Below, in pieces: positions 40,649 to 50,060 of a stretch of DNA of 64,000 nucleotides. Numbering within the stretch: position 1 is the first letter of the stretch; each line of letters begins with the position of its first letter. The DNA is from Planctomycetales bacterium (GTDB lineage Bacteria; 4484-113): positions 1 to 64,000 of the forward strand of contig JBBIRS010000007.1 in NCBI GenBank assembly GCA_037441675.1, given 5' to 3'. The translations under genes were made by a program, and so were the position numbers. Under the pieces are notes generated by a model. It saw only the letters and a list, made by a program, of their open reading frames with translations. It did no database searches and was not told the DNA's origin.

Positions 40649-40739
40649 AATTCCATTCTAACATCTATTTGAGCTAATTTGGTGTTTCCTGAAGGGAGGA
40701 GAAGACAGTAGGCAGATTTGTGTCAGTAGGGGGAAATGA

Positions 40740-40895
40740 GGAAGGGCACGGGCGGGGACGGGCGTGATACAAATAAAGGTACTGTAGGGTGCGAACTCGT
40801 ATCGCGCAGAAACCGCGGGGTGCAAGCCCCAGCTTTACAGGTTGGGTGAGGCAACGGCGGAGGGCAAGTCCCCTTCAGGGTGAACCCGCACTTAA
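40740..40895 (+). repeat. REP-like composite element
   Basis: GGACGGGCGTGATACA, CTGTAGGGTGCGAACTCGTATCGCGC, GTTGGGTGAGGCAACGGCGG, CCCCTTCAGGGTGAACCCGC. Confidence 0.75.
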
Positions 40896-41020
40896 GGTTG
40901 AAAACCCAGAGCGTTGTCTCATTGGCACTTTATAGCTTAGGACAAGAATAAGCGATAGTACACCTCTTGCCCCTGCGGTTTCAAATTTCAATTCAGAAAG
41001 TTTTCAACTCTCCCAAAGAA

Positions 41021-42664
41021 TCACCTCTCCGCTAGCCCCATCAAGCGCTTGATATGCTTAATTGGTATTGAACCAAAGGATAGAAGCTCATCGTGGAACC
41101 TTCTCACTTCAAAGGATGCTCCCTTTGCCCTTTTATATTCTTGTAAGAGTTTCTCAATTTCAATCTTACCAAGCAGGTAACTAATTGGCTGAGTTGGTGA
41201 ATGGCAGTATCTTCTCACCTCCGTAATAGCATTAACTTCTTCTAGCTTGGCTTCCTTCACCAGGAACTTAACCGCCTGGTCAAATGTCATCAGGTTTGTA
41301 TGAAGGCTGACATCAATGATAACCCTTGAAGCTCGCCAAAGTGCATCCTTCAGCTGAAGGAGTCTGCACCTTGGGTCATCATAGAATCCCTCCCGCCACA
41401 TAAGCTCCTCGCAGTAAAGCGCCCATCCCTCCACAAAGACTGAAGTGTGCAAGAGATGCCGTAGCTTATCAGGGTGATACCCAGCGATGGAAAGTTGAAG
41501 ATGATGACCCGGATACGCCTCGTGTAACGCGGTGATAACAATTCCTGCTTTGGGATGACCTTTTAGTTGTTCCTCCACTTTTCTCTTGGGAGCATCGCTT
41601 GGCGCAGTAGTGACCCAGAATATGCCAAGCTTATCCTTTTCAAAGGGAGCAGGTGGAATATACGCGGCGTAGGGAATAAAGGGTTTTGCATATTCTGGTG
41701 TTTCAACCACTTTTAATCTCTCCTGAGCCGGAAAAGTTATTAGCCCCTTCCTCTTGACAAATTCCTTCGCTCTTTTCATCTCCTTCTCGTAATACTCCAC
41801 AAGCTCATCGTTGGATGGGTGATCCTTCTTTAATTCGTCTACAATTCTCTCCCAGCTCTTTCTAAAATTTATCTCCTTAGCGGTTTCCGCAAGCTCTCGC
41901 TTTATTTTCGCGAGATTCCTCTTGCCAAAGGCAAGAAGATCGTCAGCGTTTATGTCCGCGAAATGCTCATTCTTCAAGAGAAAGTTGAAAACACCTTTCC
42001 CCACTGCGTAGTTTCCCTTGCTACGCTTAAGAAGATCCTTTTCCAGAAAGTTTGCATAATCCTTGCATGCTGAAACCGCCTTATCGATAGCAGTTTTTAT
42101 TTCCTCCCTAAGCTCCTTATTCTCTTCGCCACGAACTCGCTTCAGAAACTTTCTAAGAGATTTCTCCATAAACGCTATTTGTCCCTGCGTTGCTAAGATA
42201 GCGCTTTCAGTGAAAATACGCGGAGGATTTTCCAGATTCTCCTCCGCCTGTTTTAAGACCTTAGGAATTTTCTTAAGTCTGCCAAGAATGGAGACCGCCC
42301 GCGTTTCAGGGGATGCAAATTCTCTCTCAGTGAGTACGTATAGACCAAAGTCTAGATATGATGAGGGTTGGCATTTTTCGCTCGGTAATTTTTTGCCCAT
42401 TAACTCCCACGTCCTTAAATTTCCCAAAAGGAGCTCGTAATCAACTCTATCTTCAATGTAGAGATTGTTCGGGTTTATACGGGAAAGTTGATTGATGAAC
42501 CTCTTTATCTCTTTCCTTCTTCGTTGAACATCCTCCTTTGCCCATGATGTTAGTTGTGTATCACGATTGTGAATACCAAGATACGTTGCGGTTGTTGGCG
42601 ATTCTCTGAGTAAGAAGTTAAAAAACTCTTCACCTATTTTTGTAAATGCTTTTGCACTGCTCAA
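41021..42664 (-). CDS. DUF885 family protein (zincin-like)
   Basis: HEAYPGHHLQ, FVEGWALYCE, LWRASRVIIDVSLH, EVRRY, FHDELL. Confidence 0.9.
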   Translation of the reverse strand: MSSAKAFTKIGEEFFNFLLRESPTTATYLGIHNRDTQLTSWAKEDVQRRRKEIKRFINQLSRINPNNLYIEDRVDYELLLGNLRTWELMGKKLPSEKCQPSSYLDFGLYVLTEREFASPETRAVSILGRLKKIPKVLKQAEENLENPPRIFTESAILATQGQIAFMEKSLRKFLKRVRGEENKELREEIKTAIDKAVSACKDYANFLEKDLLKRSKGNYAVGKGVFNFLLKNEHFADINADDLLAFGKRNLAKIKRELAETAKEINFRKSWERIVDELKKDHPSNDELVEYYEKEMKRAKEFVKRKGLITFPAQERLKVVETPEYAKPFIPYAAYIPPAPFEKDKLGIFWVTTAPSDAPKRKVEEQLKGHPKAGIVITALHEAYPGHHLQLSIAGYHPDKLRHLLHTSVFVEGWALYCEELMWREGFYDDPRCRLLQLKDALWRASRVIIDVSLHTNLMTFDQAVKFLVKEAKLEEVNAITEVRRYCHSPTQPISYLLGKIEIEKLLQEYKRAKGASFEVRRFHDELLSFGSIPIKHIKRLMGLAER

Positions 42665-42893
42665 TTTCTTCCTCCTGAATTGATAAACGAAAGAAGTTAT
42701 CTTCCTCCTTTAGCCTTCATATTTTAAGCAAAATTATAAGAGTTCGCAATTACCTGAATAATACCTATTAAGGACTCGTCTTAGCAGATGAGAAGATATG
42801 CGAAAGCATTGGAAAATTCTAGTTAAGATGACTAACTATATTCCAATAGCTTTTAAGTGAGAGTTGATGTGAAGGATAAAATAAGAGGGGAGA

Positions 42894-44495
42894 GTGTTTG
42901 TTGGATTGATTGTAAAAGTGGAGCTTCATATCATTTTTCTCGCGGTACTATTTCTAACCGGCTGTTTCAATGTTCAGCTATCAAGAGAAACGACCTACCG
43001 CGTGGAGCTTCCCTCGTTCAGTCTAGGAGTAGCAATGCCCGCTTCAGCAAACATTCCCGTTGACCAAATAAAAGTTACTCGTCTTATTTTGCCAGACTTT
43101 CTTAATAAATTGCCTTTGGATTTTTCGCTCTATTCCGATTTCAGATGGATTGAAGCTTTTCAAATTGAGCCTGAGAATGCGCTATTACAAGAGGATGCAA
43201 TTCTCAAAATTCACCTAGGCTCTAGGGATGAGCCTGATAGTTCCCTCTTTCTTTTTTATGTGAGTGGAAGTGGCTATCTCTCACTAATAAGTGTAAGGAA
43301 TGTTGGTGATGAAGCATCAACTAACTTCCCCACGCGAACCTTTGGAACTTTTCTGCTTGGTGAGAATAGAAGGATAAAGGCTAGTAGGGAAGAGACGGTA
43401 GTACTAGGATTTGCGGACATCGCAGAGGGAAGCGCACCTTTAACCGTAAAGTTCACAGCTGTGGGAGTTGGTGGAAAAGCGCCATACAAGTTCTTTTGGG
43501 CATTTGGAGACGGAAATGGTGGTTTTGGAGAAGAAGTTATTCACACTTACAAAAGTCCCGCGGAATACGTGGTTACACTCAAAGCGCAGGACCCAAGCGG
43601 TAACGTTATAGATGGATTTGCGCCAATAATATCAGTGTTAAAAGATGATACGGAGCTTCGCAGTTGCCAGGTTGAATACGTGCCGGTTGATAGCAAGTAT
43701 TCTCGCACTCTAAGATTCTTTCCAACTATTTTCGGCGTAAAGAGAGGCGGTCATAATAATTCTTCATTAGCGGGCGGTTATGCCAAAAACACCTTCGTCT
43801 ATGAGTGGGCTTTTGGAGATGGCTCATTTTCGGTTGAACCTACTCCAACTCATTCTTACTCAAAAGGCTCTATTTACTCGGCGAAACTTAAAGTTAAAAC
43901 TCAAAGTGGGAAAAGTTTGGAAAAAAAATTTACCGTTGATTTAAGAGAGATTGGGCTAACCGCCAATCATCCTTATGGCATCGTCCCCCATAAGGTCGTC
44001 TTTTCCCTAAAATGTTCCGACTTGTCTCAACTCTTTGAAATTTACATTGATTTTGGCGATGGAAGTTCAGGTACTTTTGCTATGCGTCCTGACATTACGC
44101 CAATTATTACCCATACTTACTCTGAGGTAGGAACATTCAGGGTTTCTGGTAGAGTATCCGCGGATGCAAGTGATGTAAGTAATGAGAAATCCTGGCGAGA
44201 GACTAATGAATTGTACATTCTCGTCTTTCCCAACCCAAATCCCTCTGTCAGAAACCTGTCAAGCTCTTTTGCGAGGATTGGGGAAGAGCTTAAGCTATTT
44301 GGCTCCGACTTTGGGCCCATGATGGAGGAGAGGAGTTTAGTGATGCTTGGTGGAGGAGTAAAAGCGAAAATTCTAGAGTGGCACGACCGTGAAATTCGCT
44401 TTCAGGTTCCAGAAGAGGCGAAAAGCGGAGAGGTTTACGTTAGAAGACACAACTATCAAAGTAACCGCGTTTATTTGACAATACTTGATGGGTAG
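42894..44495 (+). CDS. Lipoprotein with multiple PKD domains and a C-terminal IPT/TIG-like domain
   Basis: Lipobox FLTGC; WAFGDG twice plus DFGDG; GSDFG...WHDREIRFQVP. Confidence 0.75.
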   Translation: MFVGLIVKVELHIIFLAVLFLTGCFNVQLSRETTYRVELPSFSLGVAMPASANIPVDQIKVTRLILPDFLNKLPLDFSLYSDFRWIEAFQIEPENALLQEDAILKIHLGSRDEPDSSLFLFYVSGSGYLSLISVRNVGDEASTNFPTRTFGTFLLGENRRIKASREETVVLGFADIAEGSAPLTVKFTAVGVGGKAPYKFFWAFGDGNGGFGEEVIHTYKSPAEYVVTLKAQDPSGNVIDGFAPIISVLKDDTELRSCQVEYVPVDSKYSRTLRFFPTIFGVKRGGHNNSSLAGGYAKNTFVYEWAFGDGSFSVEPTPTHSYSKGSIYSAKLKVKTQSGKSLEKKFTVDLREIGLTANHPYGIVPHKVVFSLKCSDLSQLFEIYIDFGDGSSGTFAMRPDITPIITHTYSEVGTFRVSGRVSADASDVSNEKSWRETNELYILVFPNPNPSVRNLSSSFARIGEELKLFGSDFGPMMEERSLVMLGGGVKAKILEWHDREIRFQVPEEAKSGEVYVRRHNYQSNRVYLTILDG

Positions 44496-44509
44496 GGTTA
44501 GCACCCTTT

Positions 44510-44670
44510 TGGCTCACGGACGCTTGCCAGCTTTGGGCTGGTCCTCGGGCGTGATACAGGGTCAGCGTCAAAAATCCAATGTGAGACAACGGCGGGGGTT
44601 GTATACACTAGGGCGCAAACTCGTATCGCGCCGAGACGGCAGGGGCAAGCTCTCCGCACGAGAGGGGCGT
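44510..44670 (+). repeat. REP-like composite element
   Basis: CACGGACGCTTGCCAGCTTTGGGC, AATCCAATGTGAGACAACGGCGGGG, TAGGGCGCAAACTCGTATCGCGCCG. Confidence 0.75.
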
Positions 44671-44767
44671 TTCAGCGTCAGGCGTGTCGCTTATCGAGTC
44701 GCGTATTATTTGTTTCACTTTTTCCGAGTCTTTCGAATCTAGCGATGAAATTTGGTAGAATAAAAGC

Positions 44768-45307
44768 ATGAGTTCGCAGAATATTCCCGATGAAGAACAG
44801 GAAGAACCAAAAATTATAGTTGAGGATAAGAGGTTTAACCGTGATGAGATCTTTAGTGAAACTTTAGTTAGCACGGAGGAAGAGAAGACTTTAGAGGAGA
44901 AACCATCTACTGAGCCATCTAAAGTATCCGAAGAGAAGACCGCTTCGGCGGAAGAGGTTAAAAAGCCAACCGAGGAGGAGGAAGCAAATGAGCCAAAGCT
45001 TGTGAGCGTGTTCTCTTTGGGTGTGGATGGTTATCTGAAGCAGAGTCTCGGAGTACTTTTGAACTTTGCCTATGTGTATTTGGGACTGATCGCCAATCCC
45101 GAAACAGGCATCTTAACACCAGATATTTCCAAGGCGAAACTCTCAATTGACACGATAGATTTCATTATGGAAAAGTTGAAGTCAAGCTTTACCAAGCAAG
45201 AACAGGCGGAGCTCACAAGGTTGATTCGCGACCTCAAGGTCAATTTCTTGAACAAAGTTTCAGCGTCAGTGAATACGGTAGTAGAAAACAAAAAGGCAGG
45301 GGGTTAA
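44768..45307 (+). CDS. DUF1844-like protein
   Basis: Acidic N-terminus, YVYLGLIANPETG, AKLSIDTI. Confidence 0.7.
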   Translation: MSSQNIPDEEQEEPKIIVEDKRFNRDEIFSETLVSTEEEKTLEEKPSTEPSKVSEEKTASAEEVKKPTEEEEANEPKLVSVFSLGVDGYLKQSLGVLLNFAYVYLGLIANPETGILTPDISKAKLSIDTIDFIMEKLKSSFTKQEQAELTRLIRDLKVNFLNKVSASVNTVVENKKAGG

Positions 45308-45308
45308 A

Positions 45309-46142
45309 GTGTTAGAGGTTGAACTTGAAGCCTTTGGCATAAAGATAGGCAATCATTTGCCACTGGTTTTTATCGGAGGACCCTGCGTTCTTGAAGAAAA
45401 CGGAAGTTACCTTGAGGTTGCGGAAGGGCTGAAAGAGATATGCGCAAGCTTGCAGATTCCATTTATCTTCAAAGCAAGTTACGACAAGGCTAACAGAAGC
45501 TCCATCCACTCTTACCGTGGGCCGGGCTTAGTTCAGGGTGAACAGATGCTTATGGAAGTGAAAGCCCGATATAACGTGCCAATCTTAACGGACGCACACA
45601 CCGAAAAAGAAATTGAGCTTCTAGGTGATGTGGTGGACATAATCCAAATTCCCGCGTTTCTCTCACGGCAAACTGATATGATTACCGCAGTAGCGAAGAA
45701 GGGTAAGCCTGCAAACGTAAAGAAAGGTCAGTTCTTGTCTCCCTGGGATTGTAGTAACATCATTGAGAAATTCCGCGTAAGCGGTGGAAGTGACATCATT
45801 ATAACTGAGCGCGGTTCCTCCTTTGGTTACAACAACCTCGTTGTTGATATGCGCTCATTTATGGTCATCAAATCCTTCGGTGTGCCTGTATGCTTTGACG
45901 CGACCCACGCAGTCCAGCTTCCCGGTGGCGCTGGAAAGGCAAGCTCGGGTCAGAGGGAATTTATCTTTCCTCTCAGCTTGAGCGCGGTTGCACAGGGCAT
46001 TGCCGCACTATTCTGGGAGGTCCACCCTAACCCGAATTTGGCTTTATCAGATGGTCCTAATATGTTCCCGCTTTCGGACGTTTCTGATGCATTAAAAGAA
46101 ATTAAAGCTCTTGATGATTTTATAAAAGCTAGAAGCAGATAG
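45309..46142 (+). CDS. kdsA: KDO8P synthase
   Basis: GPCVLE, FKASYDKANRSS, QIPAFLSRQTD, KKGQF, ERGSSFGYNNLVVD, DATHAVQ, SDGPN. Confidence 0.95.
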   Translation: MLEVELEAFGIKIGNHLPLVFIGGPCVLEENGSYLEVAEGLKEICASLQIPFIFKASYDKANRSSIHSYRGPGLVQGEQMLMEVKARYNVPILTDAHTEKEIELLGDVVDIIQIPAFLSRQTDMITAVAKKGKPANVKKGQFLSPWDCSNIIEKFRVSGGSDIIITERGSSFGYNNLVVDMRSFMVIKSFGVPVCFDATHAVQLPGGAGKASSGQREFIFPLSLSAVAQGIAALFWEVHPNPNLALSDGPNMFPLSDVSDALKEIKALDDFIKARSR

Positions 46143-46294
46143 ATTTTATTGATGATTCTCTCTGATAAAATTTGTTCGGGAAATTTTAGCAACTAAATTC
46201 AAGCTAGTGACTTTTTTTAGAAACGGAAACTCACTGCTTTTGAGGGTAATATGTATTTGATGAGACGTAAAATCATTTTTATAGGGGTAACCAG

Positions 46295-48121
46295 ATGAAC
46301 GTCTTACTGCTTGTCATTTTATCACTCATCATCTATTTTCTTGCATACAAGTTTTACGCCGATTACATATCTAAGAGCATGAGGGTAGATGACTCTCGCC
46401 TAACTCCAGCCCATCTCTTGCGGGATGATTTAGATTACGTTCCGTCAACGCCTCTAGTGGTTTTTTCCCATCATTTTGCGACAATAGCTGGCGCAGGTCC
46501 TATCCTTGGTCCAACCATAGCCTTCGTCTATGGGTTAGTTCCTGTTTGGCTATGGGTGGTAATTGGCGCAGTTTTTTTGGGTGCTGTTCATGATTACACT
46601 TCCCTTTTCATAAGTCTTCGCGAGCGTGGCAGAAGTATCGCGGAAATAACTGCTAAGACTAGCGGTCGGCTGGGATTCTTCCTTTATATTAGTTTCACAA
46701 TTCTTCTTATTGTCCTAGTGTGCGCTGCCTTCCTTCAATTTTCGGTTCAAGCTCTTACGAGCTTTTATCCCCTCGATTCATTCAAAGTTGACCCTGGACG
46801 TTCCCTTCTTCCTTTGCATACTTTTGTTCGCGAAGGCGTCCAGATGGTGAGAATTGGCGGTATCGCAACCACCTCCGTCATTATCATTACCGCATTTGCT
46901 CCGCTAGTTGGTTATCTGCTTTACAGGAAGCGAATAAGAGTGCTTTTTGCTTTCTTAATAGCTACCATAGTTGCAATTGCGTCCGTTTTAGTTGGATTTT
47001 ATTTCCCAGTCCAATTTCACGGTCTTTCGGATAATTTGATTCGTCTTATATGGATGATTATTCTAAGCGTTTATGTTCTTTTTGCATCCGCTCTACCTGT
47101 TTTTATACTCCTCCAACCTCGGGATTTCACGAACGCCATTCTCCTCTATGTAGGTATGGCTCTTCTATTCCTATCAGCAATTTTTGGCGGACTGATGGGA
47201 GTAAAAACGGACGCTCCTTTTATTGGCTCTCTTCACGGCGCGAAGGGACTTGGTTTTATCTGGCCAGTAATGTTCATCACCATTGCCTGCGGTGCCATAT
47301 CGGGATTTCATTCCCTAGTTTCCTCAGGAACAACCGCGAAACAGTGTGATAGAGAGAATAACGCTAGGGTGATAAGTTTTGGCGGAATGCTTCTTGAATC
47401 ACTGCTGGCGGTGTTAGTGATTCTTGCGCTAGCCGCAGGGCTTGGCTTCTCTGAGTATCTAAAGGTCGCATGGCCTGAAACTGGAGCGTCCAACCCAGTT
47501 CTTGCATTTGCCCTCGGCGTTGGGAATTTGATGAACAAGGGTTTAGGATTTCCACTTTATATTGGCACAATTTTTGGAATTTTGATGCTTGAAGGTTTTC
47601 TAGTAACCACTCTTGATTCTGCGGTTAGGCTCAACCGATACTTGCTTGAGGAGTTATGGAACTTTACCCTTGGTGGTTTTGGAAGTGCTCCGGAGCGTGT
47701 GCCAAAAATTCTGAAAAGCCCATACTTCAACTCCACCCTCACTGTTCTACTAGCTTTTGGATTAGCTTATCCAAACGCATACACCTCAATCTGGCCACTC
47801 TTCGGTACAGCTAATCAGATGATGGCAGCGCTCACCTTAATAACGGTCAGTCTTTGGCTTGCCTATCGCGCTCGCCCGGTATGGTATACAGTTTTTCCTG
47901 CAATCTTTATGGTGGCAACAACTACGGCTAGCCTAATCATAATAACCCTTAATACATCGCACTTAGTTGCCCAATCGCCAACACCCGCGGTGATATCAAG
48001 ATTTGTTCTCGGAATCATCCTTCTCTTCTTCAGCATTGGTGTTGTTCTCTTGGGATTGATGCGGAGCTGGGAATTCTTGACTGGCAAGGCTGAAAAGATA
48101 CCAGAACCTGAACCTACTTAG
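46295..48121 (+). CDS. cstA: Carbon starvation protein A family transporter
   Basis: TPAH, HHFATIAGAGPILGP, GAVHD, FITIACGAISGFH, WPLFGTANQ. Confidence 0.92.
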   Translation: MNVLLLVILSLIIYFLAYKFYADYISKSMRVDDSRLTPAHLLRDDLDYVPSTPLVVFSHHFATIAGAGPILGPTIAFVYGLVPVWLWVVIGAVFLGAVHDYTSLFISLRERGRSIAEITAKTSGRLGFFLYISFTILLIVLVCAAFLQFSVQALTSFYPLDSFKVDPGRSLLPLHTFVREGVQMVRIGGIATTSVIIITAFAPLVGYLLYRKRIRVLFAFLIATIVAIASVLVGFYFPVQFHGLSDNLIRLIWMIILSVYVLFASALPVFILLQPRDFTNAILLYVGMALLFLSAIFGGLMGVKTDAPFIGSLHGAKGLGFIWPVMFITIACGAISGFHSLVSSGTTAKQCDRENNARVISFGGMLLESLLAVLVILALAAGLGFSEYLKVAWPETGASNPVLAFALGVGNLMNKGLGFPLYIGTIFGILMLEGFLVTTLDSAVRLNRYLLEELWNFTLGGFGSAPERVPKILKSPYFNSTLTVLLAFGLAYPNAYTSIWPLFGTANQMMAALTLITVSLWLAYRARPVWYTVFPAIFMVATTTASLIIITLNTSHLVAQSPTPAVISRFVLGIILLFFSIGVVLLGLMRSWEFLTGKAEKIPEPEPT

Positions 48122-48231
48122 GCTTCAATCGCTTTTGCTTTTCGCTTTATAAATGCTCGCCATTTCTGCAAGCTAAAGCCAATGATACCTGGGATGATGC
48201 TTATAGTTGAAGTATAGCGAGCATGAGAGAT

Positions 48232-49467
48232 TCATTCTCCAAGGATCTCTTCAGGAGAGATCTTCCGAACGAACTCAAACCTCATACTTCTCACCGTTTC
48301 CACAACAATGTCCTTAATGGCGTTATGCTGAGAGTCAATTGAAATCTTGCCTGTAACTCCCTGAAAGTTCACCGTCTTTTCAAGCGCGTTTGTTACCTCT
48401 TCGCTATCCAAGGTTCTTGCGCGTTTAATGGCATCGGCGAGCAGGTAAACAGTATCGTAAGCAAGCGCAGCGAAGGCATCGGGCAGAGTTTCATTCTGCT
48501 TGTGAAAGCTTTCAACGAAGCTCTTTGATTTTTCATCCGGCATATCCGAAGAAAAATGATTGGTTAGGTAAACTCCCTCAACACTTGAACCTCCCTGGCG
48601 AAGAAATTCATAGCTTCCTAGCCCATCTCCACCAACAATCTTTACATCAGGCAACTTTGAGCGGAGCTCACCTATAATTTCTACTGCGTCCGTGTAATAG
48701 CCCGGCAGGAGTAAAACTTCAAACTTCTTCAACGCTATCCTGTCAATAATTGGCTTAAAGCTCGTGACAATTCCGCCTCCGATGTATGCCTCATCTGTCA
48801 TAACTTGTACATCCTTGAAATTGCTCCTGAAGCTACTGAGGACGATCTCCCTTAAATGCCTGCTATAGGCGGAACTGCTGTCCCAGAGGATAGCGACACT
48901 CTTTGCACCAAGGTCTTTCGCAGTAAATGTCGCCATTGCGCGCCCTTGAAGATTATCTGTAAAGCATACCCTGAAGACGTACCTTTTGGTTGAACCATCC
49001 TCATTTAACGTGACTTGCGGGTTCGTGGCTACTGGAACTAGTAGCGGAACTTTCAGCTCCTGCGCCACTCTTGCCATCTGAATAGCTTCTGTGGATGAGG
49101 CGGATGCGATTAAAAAATCAGCTTCCTCCAAAGTAACAAGCTTTCTAGTCAAGGATTCTGCGAACGGAGCTTTGCCCTCCGTATCTTCGTAAATTACTCT
49201 AAATTTCTTCTTGTATACGCCACCTGCGCTGTTTATTTCTCCCACCGCCAAGTCAATTCCATTTTTCAACATCACGCCAAAACCTTGTATGGGACCCGAT
49301 AGCGGTAGCGCTGCTCCAACTCTTATGAAATCTTCATTCGCCACTGACTCGTTTTGGCTTCCTAGCTCCTCTAGCTTGGGCTCCCTGGGACATCCGTTTA
49401 ATAAGAATAAAAACCAAAGGGCGAAAACTAGGACGAGAGAATTTGCCAGTCTGGTTAATAGGCTCAT
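48232..49467 (-). CDS. ABC transporter substrate-binding lipoprotein (LivJ/LivK-like)
   Basis: Lipobox LLNGC; PLSGP, EINSAGGV, FRVCFTD, ALAYD, FQGVTG. Confidence 0.85.
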   Translation of the reverse strand: MSLLTRLANSLVLVFALWFLFLLNGCPREPKLEELGSQNESVANEDFIRVGAALPLSGPIQGFGVMLKNGIDLAVGEINSAGGVYKKKFRVIYEDTEGKAPFAESLTRKLVTLEEADFLIASASSTEAIQMARVAQELKVPLLVPVATNPQVTLNEDGSTKRYVFRVCFTDNLQGRAMATFTAKDLGAKSVAILWDSSSAYSRHLREIVLSSFRSNFKDVQVMTDEAYIGGGIVTSFKPIIDRIALKKFEVLLLPGYYTDAVEIIGELRSKLPDVKIVGGDGLGSYEFLRQGGSSVEGVYLTNHFSSDMPDEKSKSFVESFHKQNETLPDAFAALAYDTVYLLADAIKRARTLDSEEVTNALEKTVNFQGVTGKISIDSQHNAIKDIVVETVRSMRFEFVRKISPEEILGE

Positions 49468-49651
49468 TTGTTCTAGTGGGAAACGCATATGAAACCGCAT
49501 ATGAAATTTATCCTTTCTCCGCGAATAACTTGAATAACTTGAGTGAAAATTTCACGCAGTTTATAATTGTATCAGGATTTGAGAAGAGGTTGAGGAAGAG
49601 AGAGATTATTGAGAAAGGAAGAAAAAAGCGTCAAGACCGAGCGATTAGAGT

Positions 49652-49735
49652 GCCGAGGTGGCGGAACAGGCAGACGCGTCGGACTCAAAATCCGATGGGG
49701 GCAACCCCGTGGGGGTTCGACTCCCCCCCTCGGCA
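49652..49735 (+). tRNA. tRNA-Leu (CAA); CCA not encoded
   Basis: Acceptor stem GCCGAGG/CCTCGGC, anticodon arm TCGGA-CTCAAAA-TCCGA, long variable arm, GGTTCGACTC T-arm. Confidence 0.95.
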
Positions 49736-49759
49736 GATTCCAACTGAATGTTGGGGAAA

Positions 49760-50000
49760 GTGTATCGCGCCGAAATTTACCTGTAGGGCTGGGCCCTGTG
49801 CCTCGCTAAGATGAATGAAATGACGGCGACCTCAAGTACTTTCAATTCTGGAGCTCACGGCGCTTGTCAGCTCCTAGCTGATCCCCGCCGTGGGGATAGG
49901 ACACGCCCGGCGACGGGCGTGATAGAGAGTCAGCTTCACTAATCCAATGTGAGACAATGGCGGGGCACAGCTCCCCTTCAGGGTGAACCCGCCCTACAGT
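49760..50000 (+). repeat. REP-like composite element downstream of tRNA-Leu
   Basis: CTGTAGGGC, AAGATGAATGAAATGACGGCGACC, AATCCAATGTGAGACAATGGCGGGG, CCCCTTCAGGGTGAACCCGCCCTACAG. Confidence 0.75.
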
Positions 50001-50060
50001 ATTGCTTTTATCTTATTGCTCAGTATAATCTACTTGGAAATATAAAGTTCCCTAACACAG

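Noticed and set aside
44485..44742. Short ORFs over intergenic repeats or the tRNA (also 34956-35153, 20725-20958, 49443-49814)
   Set aside because: They are translations of GC-rich REP-like, hairpin or tRNA sequence
49652..50000. tRNA-anchored integrative element
   Set aside because: No integrase and no duplicated tRNA 3' end seen; only a REP-like mosaic precedes purL
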